Shown: positions 48,561-56,409 of the stretch, piece after piece
Numbering within the stretch: position 1 is the first letter of the stretch
Layout of the letters: each line of letters begins with the position of its first letter
From: a virus
Lineage: Duplodnaviria; Caudoviricetes
Reading direction: 5' to 3' (one strand)
DNA: 58,551 bases
Virus record (IMG/VR): IMGVR_UViG_3300011335_000817
Coordinates: 1 to 58,551 of that record
Program-made: the position numbers and the translations under genes
The notes under the pieces: generated by a model
What the model was told of the DNA's origin: nothing
The model's input: the letters and a program-made list of their open reading frames with translations, nothing else
Databases searched by the model: none

Positions 48561-48767
48561 ATGACACCAAAAGAAAAAGCAAATAAATTACGATATCAAG
48601 TTGAAAACGCAATGCAAGATGCTGATATGCGTGGTCATTATAATCAAGCGGTTAAAGAATGTGTTTTAATATTATTAAGAGAAACAATTTGGGGATACTT
48701 AGACCAATACCCTATTGAGATTCAAAATTATTGGAAAGAAGTAAAACAAGAAATAGAAAACCTTTAA
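48561..48767 (+). CDS. Conserved phage hypothetical protein
   Basis: MTPKEKA...YWKEVKQEIENL. Confidence 0.65.
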   Translation: MTPKEKANKLRYQVENAMQDADMRGHYNQAVKECVLILLRETIWGYLDQYPIEIQNYWKEVKQEIENL

Positions 48768-48776
48768 TAAACAATT

Positions 48777-48977
48777 ATGACACAGGAACAAATAGAACAA
48801 CGCATTAGAGATGTATTAACAGCAGAAGGCGATATACCAATTGGTTATATAGATAATTACATTGATTGTATATTAGCTTATAGTTCATTTGAAGATTATG
48901 ATGGTATAACAGATGAAGCCATTCTCAATGATTGGTCTGAATGGATGGATGAAGATGGCGAGTGGAAGGCACAGTAA
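48777..48977 (+). CDS. Hypothetical acidic protein
   Basis: Stop lies inside the next promoter motif. Confidence 0.6.
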   Translation: MTQEQIEQRIRDVLTAEGDIPIGYIDNYIDCILAYSSFEDYDGITDEAILNDWSEWMDEDGEWKAQ

Positions 48978-48999
48978 TAATCGTATATTCATATTATAA

Positions 49000-49129
49000 A
49001 GTCAGGTGGCGGAATTGGCAGACGCAAGAAGGAGTAGCTTTTAGAGTGTGAAGTTATCAATCACATTGATGGGCGAAAGTTCCACGTGCCTTTGATAAGG
49101 AGATACAGGTTCGAATCCTGTCCTGACTA
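49000..49129 (+). ncRNA. tRNA-like RNA copy E (130 nt), four hairpins replace anticodon/variable arms
   Basis: agtcagg/cctgact-a, Leu-type D-arm ggcggaattggcagacgc, acagg-ttcgaat-cctgt; directly after motif copy at 48968. Confidence 0.8.
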
Positions 49130-49143
49130 CTAAAATTAAGGTT

Positions 49144-49434
49144 ATGAAAACAATTTACCAATCACCACTGGGATTATCAGTCGAAAAATATGACTGGGAT
49201 AAAAATTTCACTATTACAGGTAAAGTCCTTAAATCAATGACAATGAAGGAATTTGATTCTGCATATGATGTAGAAGAATTTATTCAAGCAAAAATCAATT
49301 GTAAAGGAATAGATTTTGATAGTGAATATTGTCAGTTCTTTGCATATGCAAAAAATAAAAATCGAGCAATGACCTTTGTTAAGGAAATAGAAGATTATTT
49401 CGCTAAGGTAAGAGAGATGTTGTCGGCAAAGTAG
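49144..49434 (+). CDS. Hypothetical protein
   Basis: ORF track. Confidence 0.65.
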   Translation: MKTIYQSPLGLSVEKYDWDKNFTITGKVLKSMTMKEFDSAYDVEEFIQAKINCKGIDFDSEYCQFFAYAKNKNRAMTFVKEIEDYFAKVREMLSAK

Positions 49435-49463
49435 TGTTTGTATATTCAATTAAATAAAAAGTT

Positions 49464-49643
49464 ATGACACAAGTAATTCAAAAAGGCGGTCGCATAAGCG
49501 AACATGGTAATGTAGTAGCTACATTCGATAATCACGAAGAAGCGAAACAATACGCTAAAAATAGAAGAAAACACTTAACACCTGGGGAGAGACATTACTA
49601 CAAATATTCTTACATTGTAAAGAAAGTAAAAGAGGCAAAGTAA
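49464..49643 (+). CDS. Hypothetical protein (below ORF-track cutoff)
   Basis: 59 aa between two motif copies. Confidence 0.6.
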   Translation: MTQVIQKGGRISEHGNVVATFDNHEEAKQYAKNRRKHLTPGERHYYKYSYIVKKVKEAK

Positions 49644-49696
49644 AAATCGTACATTTACGTTATAAATAATTAATTAAACCAAAAAAACAAATCGTT

Positions 49697-50017
49697 ATGA
49701 CAAAGCAAGAAACAATTGATTTATTAGGAAAACAATTACCAGGATTCTACTCAGTAGAACAAGTTATTAAAATGATTACTGACATTGAAGACAGTGGTTC
49801 ATTTGAAATTACAGATGAAATGGTTGCTGATATTAGTAGTGATATTGCAGAAGCATTATCCAGTGAAGGAACAGATATAGTAGATGATTATGAACTAACT
49901 ATGAATTACAGAGAAGTAGAATTGGATAGTATTGATTTGAATGAAAGTAAAATCAAAGCAGCAGTTAAAGATGCGATTGAAAATTATATAGATAACAATA
50001 AAGCAGATGCCGAATAG
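49697..50017 (+). CDS. Hypothetical acidic protein
   Basis: ORF in cassette array. Confidence 0.65.
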   Translation: MTKQETIDLLGKQLPGFYSVEQVIKMITDIEDSGSFEITDEMVADISSDIAEALSSEGTDIVDDYELTMNYREVELDSIDLNESKIKAAVKDAIENYIDNNKADAE

Positions 50018-50070
50018 GCACTGCTTCTTGTGTACATTTATTTATTATTAATCATAAAAATAAATTAGTT

Positions 50071-50328
50071 ATGGCAGAATTTAGTAAACAATACTGTGGA
50101 TTAAATGATATGGGCTTTGATGGTGACTTTGATATATATGAAGAATGGTCTAAATTAACACCCGGCTACGCAACATCTTATATATGTGAAGGATTTGGTT
50201 TTAGCATGATTGGTAAAAAAGAATCAGGTGATGATGTGATTGTGTATATGAATGATTATGATAATCCTGAGAATAGTAAATGGGTTAATTTTGATGAAAT
50301 ATACTTGGAGGCAAAACTCAAGTCGTAA
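50071..50328 (+). CDS. Hypothetical protein
   Basis: MAEFSKQYC...ICEGFG; cassette array. Confidence 0.65.
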   Translation: MAEFSKQYCGLNDMGFDGDFDIYEEWSKLTPGYATSYICEGFGFSMIGKKESGDDVIVYMNDYDNPENSKWVNFDEIYLEAKLKS

Positions 50329-50355
50329 ATTTACGTTAACCAAAAATTAATAGTT

Positions 50356-50631
50356 ATGAAATTAAAAATGAGCGATTACACAGCAATGAGTACCGAAGAT
50401 CTACGAGCAATGAATAATATGATTGTTGCTATACTCAGGGATAGGCAAAATGAAAAAATTGAAGATATTAAGGATCAAATTAAGGTCGGCTCTAAAGTAA
50501 CAGTTAATCATGCCAGAACACAAGGAATAATATTTACCATTACAGAAATTAGACGCAAACGAGCTACAGTTAAAGGACAATATGGTAATTCACTTAATGT
50601 ACCAATTGCTTTAGTAACATTGGCAAAGTAA
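50356..50631 (+). CDS. Hypothetical protein, SH3/KOW-like C-terminus
   Basis: IKVGSKVTV...ITEIRRKRATV...VP. Confidence 0.55.
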   Translation: MKLKMSDYTAMSTEDLRAMNNMIVAILRDRQNEKIEDIKDQIKVGSKVTVNHARTQGIIFTITEIRRKRATVKGQYGNSLNVPIALVTLAK

Positions 50632-50667
50632 TAATTGTATATTCATTTAAACCAAAAATAAAAAGTT

Positions 50668-50868
50668 ATGAAAATTGAATTCGTTAAAGAAATAAATGCA
50701 AATCGCTTAACAACCTATTTTACCCAAGTTGATGGTAAATTTATTACTAATAGTTTAGATTTTGATCGGGATAAAGCCAAAGTTATATACGATGGGATTG
50801 TAGCGAATGGTGGTAAATTTGTTGCTATAGAAGTACTCGAATCAGTAGAGATTGAAGAGGCAAAGTAA
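50668..50868 (+). CDS. Hypothetical protein
   Basis: ORF in cassette array. Confidence 0.6.
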   Translation: MKIEFVKEINANRLTTYFTQVDGKFITNSLDFDRDKAKVIYDGIVANGGKFVAIEVLESVEIEEAK

Positions 50869-50902
50869 TAAGCATACATTCCCATTAACCAAAAAATCAG
50901 TT

Positions 50903-51208
50903 ATGAAAAAAACATTTAAGGAAATTAGTGGTACATCATTCCACGACACAACAATCGGTACTACAGTATACACATTACGAAAGCTATTAGGTATACCAGT
51001 ATGTGAAGATAATACAGGTAAAGATAAGGTAAACTTTGAATGGCAAATGGAAACGGATAATGGTGATATTTTTACTGTATATGACTGGAAAGAATATAAA
51101 GTATTAGATGAACATGAAATAATTGAGTTCCATATTGGTGGAATGAGTAAGGCGATAACAGAACAAGCTAAAAATGAAATGTACGAAGCATTACCAAATA
51201 TTAAATAG
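50903..51208 (+). CDS. Conserved phage hypothetical protein
   Basis: DKVNFEW...FTVYDWK...FHIGG. Confidence 0.65.
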   Translation: MKKTFKEISGTSFHDTTIGTTVYTLRKLLGIPVCEDNTGKDKVNFEWQMETDNGDIFTVYDWKEYKVLDEHEIIEFHIGGMSKAITEQAKNEMYEALPNIK

Positions 51209-51273
51209 GCAAAATAGCAGTTGTATATTCACACCACACAACAATACGTATATACTTAACCAAATAATAAGTT

Positions 51274-51453
51274 ATGAACGAAACACAATTATTCCTTTGG
51301 AAGGATGGAGATTATAATGCTAAAGGCGGATTCTTCGTTAGAAGCGACCTTAAAACATTCATCAATAAACTAATCGAAGTAGGCCATAAACCAGTAGGTA
51401 TTAAGATTGATTTAGAATCATTCAATGTAGAAGTATTGGTAGAGGCAGAATAA
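51274..51453 (+). CDS. Hypothetical protein (below ORF-track cutoff)
   Basis: 59 aa between motif copies. Confidence 0.6.
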   Translation: MNETQLFLWKDGDYNAKGGFFVRSDLKTFINKLIEVGHKPVGIKIDLESFNVEVLVEAE

Positions 51454-51571
51454 GTGCATTAGATTTACATTAACGATTAGAGCAGTTGAGATCATAACTC
51501 AAAGGAATGCAGACAGTGGAGATGAGCGCCCCACCTAATCATTTTTATAATTAACCAAATAAACGTAATAT

Positions 51572-52036
51572 ATGGGATCAGTTATTGACATTATCGAATG
51601 TCCACATTGTGGTGGAGAAGCATTTAGTGATTTTTATTACAAGACGGGTGAAGAATATATAAATTGTCAACATTGTGGATACAACTACTCAGCAACGTAT
51701 CAGCGTGATAAAGAAGGTAAGTACATTACCAAAGACGGAACAGATAACTACACATTTGATAATTTAATAATGGAGACGAAGGAATTAAAGAATCCATATG
51801 GCGCTTTCCGTATTAAGTATGTTGATGGTATAGCATATCAATGTGGTTCATTGGAGAGTGAAAAAGATTATATAGAACTAACTACAGCCGCAGATCTAAA
51901 TGAAAATGGAGCAATGGAATATATATCAGTAAGTAGATATATAAATGGTGAAATAATACAGGAAGTATTACTTGGTGATGATGGACCTAAATTCGACGGG
52001 GCAGGATTCAGTGAAGAAGATAGGATGGCAGAGTAG
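51572..52036 (+). CDS. Zinc-ribbon protein
   Basis: CPHCG ... CQHCGY. Confidence 0.7.
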   Translation: MGSVIDIIECPHCGGEAFSDFYYKTGEEYINCQHCGYNYSATYQRDKEGKYITKDGTDNYTFDNLIMETKELKNPYGAFRIKYVDGIAYQCGSLESEKDYIELTTAADLNENGAMEYISVSRYINGEIIQEVLLGDDGPKFDGAGFSEEDRMAE

Positions 52037-52069
52037 TGTTCGTATATTGAATTAACCAAAAAATAAAAA

Positions 52070-52216
52070 ATGACACACGAACAACAACTTAGAGAAGCAA
52101 TCAAATCAGTAGCAGAACTAATCCAAAACAGTGAATGGAGTATTGATGATAGTGATATCATGGATGGAAACATCTACATCACTATAGTTAAACCACTAAA
52201 AGAAGATAGTGAGTAG
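52070..52216 (+). CDS. Hypothetical protein (below ORF-track cutoff)
   Basis: 48 aa between motif copies. Confidence 0.55.
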   Translation: MTHEQQLREAIKSVAELIQNSEWSIDDSDIMDGNIYITIVKPLKEDSE

Positions 52217-52261
52217 GCAAAATAGTGTTTGTAGATTCACGTTAACCAAAAAATAAGCGTT

Positions 52262-52441
52262 ATGAAATTACAAGAATTTAAAGACCAAATCATTAACAAA
52301 TTAGGTGAGATGTATAATGAACATTTCATAATAGATATTAATGAGTGTAATAATGGATATGAGTTATTACATACATTAGAAGAATATGGTTACGATACAC
52401 AAGGTAGTTTAGATATTTTATTTTCGATCCTAATTGATTAG
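52262..52441 (+). CDS. Hypothetical protein (below ORF-track cutoff)
   Basis: 59 aa between motif copies. Confidence 0.55.
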   Translation: MKLQEFKDQIINKLGEMYNEHFIIDINECNNGYELLHTLEEYGYDTQGSLDILFSILID

Positions 52442-52486
52442 GCAAAGTAATAGTTGTAGATTCAATTAACCAAAAAGATAAAAGTT

Positions 52487-52711
52487 ATGAAAATTATTGC
52501 ATTAACAAGTAATTCAGACGGAAAATTATTATACATCAATGTTGACACAATTGGTCACATATATGATGTAGAAAAGAAAGATTTAGGAAAAAAGGAAATC
52601 TATACAGTAGTAGGTACAACGTGCCATAACAATGGTGGTTTTAAAGTTAATGAAAATGCTAAAACAATACTAAAAATGATTAGTGATGATAAGTTTAATG
52701 TGTTGAAGTAG
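52487..52711 (+). CDS. Hypothetical protein
   Basis: THNNGG-like CHNNGGFKV; cassette array. Confidence 0.6.
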   Translation: MKIIALTSNSDGKLLYINVDTIGHIYDVEKKDLGKKEIYTVVGTTCHNNGGFKVNENAKTILKMISDDKFNVLK

Positions 52712-52757
52712 GCAAAGTAATAGTCGTAGATTCCAATTAACCAAAAAATATAAAGTT

Positions 52758-52916
52758 ATGAAAAAAGGTGATGTGGTTTACATTCAAAGTGCCGAGTTAA
52801 TACCGGCCAAGTATATTAAAGAAACATCAACAGGCCATCAGGTTGAAATTAAAAAAACAACACTCGGTTATATGCGTGGGGATATAATTGAGAGTGTGAA
52901 TATTATACCTATATAA
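52758..52916 (+). CDS. Hypothetical protein (below ORF-track cutoff)
   Basis: 52 aa MKKGDVVY... after full leader. Confidence 0.55.
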   Translation: MKKGDVVYIQSAELIPAKYIKETSTGHQVEIKKTTLGYMRGDIIESVNIIPI

Positions 52917-52967
52917 TAAGTGTATATTCATTACATAATAAAATTTTAAACCAAAAAATATAAAGTT

Positions 52968-53261
52968 ATGCCAAACATGAGTTATTGCCAATTCGAAAAC
53001 ACATATCGTGATTTGTTACAGTGCCTAAGCGCTATGAATGAAAGATTAGATGATAGAGAAGCTGGATATAGAGATCGTTTAGTTGATGTTTGTAGGGAAA
53101 TCATTGAGGAACATGAATTAACTAAAATGAGTGAAAGTGATGATGTGTGGGGGGATGATGAATGGGGAGTAGATATAGTGGTGGATGAATGGAATATAGA
53201 TAATAATCCAGCAGATATGGAAACACAGGATGGGGATGTGTTCGGTGAAAATAAAATATAG
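52968..53261 (+). CDS. Conserved phage hypothetical protein with acidic tail
   Basis: MPNMSYCQFENTYRDL..C. Confidence 0.65.
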   Translation: MPNMSYCQFENTYRDLLQCLSAMNERLDDREAGYRDRLVDVCREIIEEHELTKMSESDDVWGDDEWGVDIVVDEWNIDNNPADMETQDGDVFGENKI

Positions 53262-53415
53262 GGACGGCACAGTTTTTTTGTGTAAATTCATCTCAACCAA
53301 AAAATAATAAATTATGCAATACGTAGTAGGAATAGTAATAGTTTTTTTGTTCGCTGTTTGTATATGGGGAATAATAGATGCAATAAATCAAATTAATAAA
53401 CTAAAATAATTAGTT

Positions 53416-53604
53416 ATGAATACAAATAATTTAATTTTAATCGATAGTGTTGTTATAATAGCGCTTTGTTTGTTTGGTATTTTGTTGCCAAAATTGTTTA
53501 AGGATGAAGAGATTAGGTATGGTATGAATGCTATTAATGTGGCTTTTGCTATAGGTTTTTTATTTAATTTAGTTATTTTTTTAGTAGCTGAGTTATTGAA
53601 ATAA
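53416..53604 (+). CDS. Small membrane protein
   Basis: Two hydrophobic helices. Confidence 0.55.
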   Translation: MNTNNLILIDSVVIIALCLFGILLPKLFKDEEIRYGMNAINVAFAIGFLFNLVIFLVAELLK

Positions 53605-53611
53605 AAGCTAC

Positions 53612-53660
53612 TGCGTTGTTTTTGCGCTGATAATGCGTTTTTATGCGTTGTTTTTATGCG
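53612..53660. repeat. Phased TGCG/T-tract repeats
   Basis: TGCG at 53612, 53623, 53634, 53644, 53657. Confidence 0.7.
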
Positions 53661-53907
53661 AAGTGTTTATAATGTTTTGTAGTGTAAGGGTGACAAATAT
53701 AGTTTTGTTTGTAATATAAATTGGTTTATAATATAGACCATATATACGATCAATTATGTATGTGGAACGGGTGTTGAGTATGTGGTATGTGTAGCTGTGA
53801 ATAGTCCCCTTTACCTTGCCCAACCACACCTATTTTTACTATAACAAAGTATATACTGTTTTTTAGGCACAACTCATTACGTAAATTCACGTATAAAATT
53901 AAAAGTT

Positions 53908-54117
53908 ATGACATTACTTTGGTCTTCAGTCGATACATGGACATCTGATGATACACAAGGCGTATGGATGTTAGTTATGATTGTTGTGTTATATTTGTTG
54001 CGCGACACATCACCATTTTTTGCTTCAGTTTGGAATATAGTTAAAATATTATTATTTGTTATATTAGCAATCACCACAGCAGGTCTTGCTATTAAGTGGT
54101 TAAAGAAAGTGTTTTAG
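53908..54117 (+). CDS. Small membrane protein
   Basis: Two hydrophobic helices. Confidence 0.6.
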   Translation: MTLLWSSVDTWTSDDTQGVWMLVMIVVLYLLRDTSPFFASVWNIVKILLFVILAITTAGLAIKWLKKVF

Positions 54118-54159
54118 GCAAAGTTTTGTTATTATATTCAATTAACCAAAAAGATAAAA

Positions 54160-54396
54160 ATGAAAAATAAAATTAAAGCACAACCAGGCGTTACGTATGA
54201 ATGTTATAGAGGTTTTACCGATCACATGGGCAGTAGAGTACGCCGAGGACAACGTTATTATATGATGAGTGAGTGGAGAGATTTTTACTACATGCACTCA
54301 GTTAGTAGAAAGGGATACGGCAAAGCGGTCGCTAAGAAGGAATTCGCAGCGCGTTTCATCCCACTAAACCCCCTAGATGCAGTGTACCTGCCTTAA
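54160..54396 (+). CDS. Hypothetical basic protein
   Basis: ORF after motif copy at 54117. Confidence 0.6.
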   Translation: MKNKIKAQPGVTYECYRGFTDHMGSRVRRGQRYYMMSEWRDFYYMHSVSRKGYGKAVAKKEFAARFIPLNPLDAVYLP

Positions 54397-54420
54397 GACA
54401 TTTTTTTGGTTAAAAATACG

Positions 54421-54456
54421 CCACTACTCCCCGTTATGGGGAGTGGTGGTTTTTTT
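54421..54456 (+). terminator. Intrinsic terminator
   Basis: ccactactcccc-gttat-ggggagtggtgg followed by T7. Confidence 0.85.
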
Positions 54457-54541
54457 ATACGCGTACTGGAGTAAGAAATCTTAAGTAAACTACCCCTGAT
54501 CTCTTCACCCGTTTCATTAGGCGCCTGCAAACTCGCAACCG

Positions 54542-54565
54542 TGAATATACGCGTATTATTTTGCC
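54542..54565 (-). promoter_or_regulatory. Minus-strand copy of the GGCA-N12-TATATTCA motif
   Basis: Reverse complement reads ggca-aaataatacgcg-tatattca; back-to-back with + copy at 54585. Confidence 0.7.
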
Positions 54566-54631
54566 CAACACATTTTTTTTGTTTGGCACAATTACGTTAT
54601 TATATTTACATTAACCAAAACCATATAAAAT

Positions 54632-55273
54632 ATGAAATTACAAGAACGCGATTGGATTATGGGTGGACATAAAATAGGCACTCAGTTTTTTTATACAAAC
54701 GTAGAGCCAGAGCTTGAGGTAACCACTCCAGGCACTAGGGTTTTACCCGCAGTCTATTTTTACGAGAAGGGTGTGCGGTGCGAGTTACTTAAGCGATGGG
54801 AACCAGGCGAGTACCGTTTTATGCCCAACGGGGGGTTTGAGGTGTGGGTTGAGGACGGCGGCAGACGATACTTTGAGCTGGATCAGGTAATCATCCACCC
54901 GGCAGTTATTAAACACCAGAAGTCACTTGATAAGATGATGCGCAAAGCAGAGAAGGAACAAGCGAAGCGTGATCGCCAATACAAGAAAGCCGCTCGTGAG
55001 GTAGGTGCTGAACCAGGTAAGCGAGGTAGACGTCCAATGGATCCAGCCGTTAAAGCGCAGTTACAGGCGGATAAAGCGACGAGAGCGGAGAAGTCAGGTG
55101 GTAAGCGTGGGCGACCTAAGAGTGCGTTGTCTGAGCCTAAAGCACCTAAAGCCCCAGGTGGAAAGCGTGGGAGAAGACCACTCGATCCTTCGATCAGGGA
55201 AGCTCGCGCGCGTGAAGCTGTTGCTCGCACAGCCAGATCAGGTGGGAAACGAGGCAGACCAAAGCGTAGTTAG
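54632..55273 (+). CDS. Basic DNA-binding protein with four AT-hook-like motifs
   Basis: GKRGRRP/GKRGRP x4 in the C-terminal half. Confidence 0.7.
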   Translation: MKLQERDWIMGGHKIGTQFFYTNVEPELEVTTPGTRVLPAVYFYEKGVRCELLKRWEPGEYRFMPNGGFEVWVEDGGRRYFELDQVIIHPAVIKHQKSLDKMMRKAEKEQAKRDRQYKKAAREVGAEPGKRGRRPMDPAVKAQLQADKATRAEKSGGKRGRPKSALSEPKAPKAPGGKRGRRPLDPSIREARAREAVARTARSGGKRGRPKRS

Positions 55274-55318
55274 GCAATGTTTTTGTTGTACATTCACGTT
55301 AACCAAAAAAATATAATT

Positions 55319-55474
55319 ATGTATAGTTTAAAATGTTCTTATTACACAGCAGAGTTTACAACATTAGGTGATTTAATCGCCCACATCATGATTTCAGGTA
55401 TGGATCCAAATTATGAGATTACTAAGGATGGTAAGGGTATAGGAGAAGAAGCAATTAATTACATCGTGTTCTAG
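55319..55474 (+). CDS. Hypothetical protein
   Basis: ATG after aaccaaaaaa leader. Confidence 0.6.
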   Translation: MYSLKCSYYTAEFTTLGDLIAHIMISGMDPNYEITKDGKGIGEEAINYIVF

Positions 55475-55520
55475 GCACAGTTTTTTGTGTACATTTATCA
55501 CGAACCAAAAATTAAAAATT

Positions 55521-55712
55521 ATGACTTATCAAATCCCAGTTTTAACAGAGCGATTAAGATTTTTACAGAGCGAATTAGGTGATCGTATTAAGGTATTGAG
55601 CACTGATGAAGTTTCGTTCGGTGGTTTTTCTCAAGTGGAAATTACTATTGAAAATGAGGTTGATGTGTTAAATATTTTTCATGCAGGAATAAGAGTAAAT
55701 AGTAATTATTAA
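55521..55712 (+). CDS. Hypothetical protein
   Basis: ATG after aaccaaaaa leader. Confidence 0.6.
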   Translation: MTYQIPVLTERLRFLQSELGDRIKVLSTDEVSFGGFSQVEITIENEVDVLNIFHAGIRVNSNY

Positions 55713-55787
55713 AACCGAGCAGGGCAAAATTATTTTGTTACATTCACGTTATACAATTATTAATTAAAAAAACAAAAATTAAAGGTT

Positions 55788-56117
55788 ATGAGTACAAAAA
55801 CTAAAGCAGCTCCAGCTAAGAAGGAGATCAAGACAGTAACAGTAGAAACAGTTACAGCAGTAATAACTGAAAAAGCAGCAGGCAAGCGTGGTCGTCCAGT
55901 GTTGGAAACATCAGCTCGCCAAGCTAAACTCGCCGCACGCGCAGCACGTATAGCTGCAGGTGGATCAGCAGAACGAGGCAGACCAGCTAATCCGGAAAGC
56001 AAGCGTCAAGCCCGTTTATCAGCCCAAGTTGCACGCGCAGCAGCAGGGATTGTAATTAAAGCTGGCCGTCCTAAAAGTGTGGCTAAAACCGCCGAGACCG
56101 AAGCCGTAGTTGCTTAG
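55788..56117 (+). CDS. Histone-like A/K/R-rich protein with GRP (AT-hook-like) repeats
   Basis: KRGRP, ERGRP, KAGRP; S.RQA.L repeated. Confidence 0.7.
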   Translation: MSTKTKAAPAKKEIKTVTVETVTAVITEKAAGKRGRPVLETSARQAKLAARAARIAAGGSAERGRPANPESKRQARLSAQVARAAAGIVIKAGRPKSVAKTAETEAVVA

Positions 56118-56202
56118 GGGTCTATTTTATGAGAACCTCGCGTCAGAGATATATTTCCGGCGAGGTTCTATTTTTACCATCATACTAACCAAAATTATTA
56201 TT

Positions 56203-56409
56203 ATGTTAAATCAAATTATTCTTTTTCTAACAACATTATTATTCGGTAAGCCGGCTAAAGGGGAAATGATACCAGCACCAACATTTAGATCCAGCTATCC
56301 AGAGGATCGTCCAGATGAGCAGACGTGGGTACAGGAGGTTAAGTTTGGATCAAGATATGGACACAAGGGCTCTTTTTATACTAACAATTCAAATCGGTCA
56401 TACTTTTAA
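56203..56409 (+). CDS. Hypothetical protein
   Basis: ATG after taaccaaaatt leader. Confidence 0.55.
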   Translation: MLNQIILFLTTLLFGKPAKGEMIPAPTFRSSYPEDRPDEQTWVQEVKFGSRYGHKGSFYTNNSNRSYF

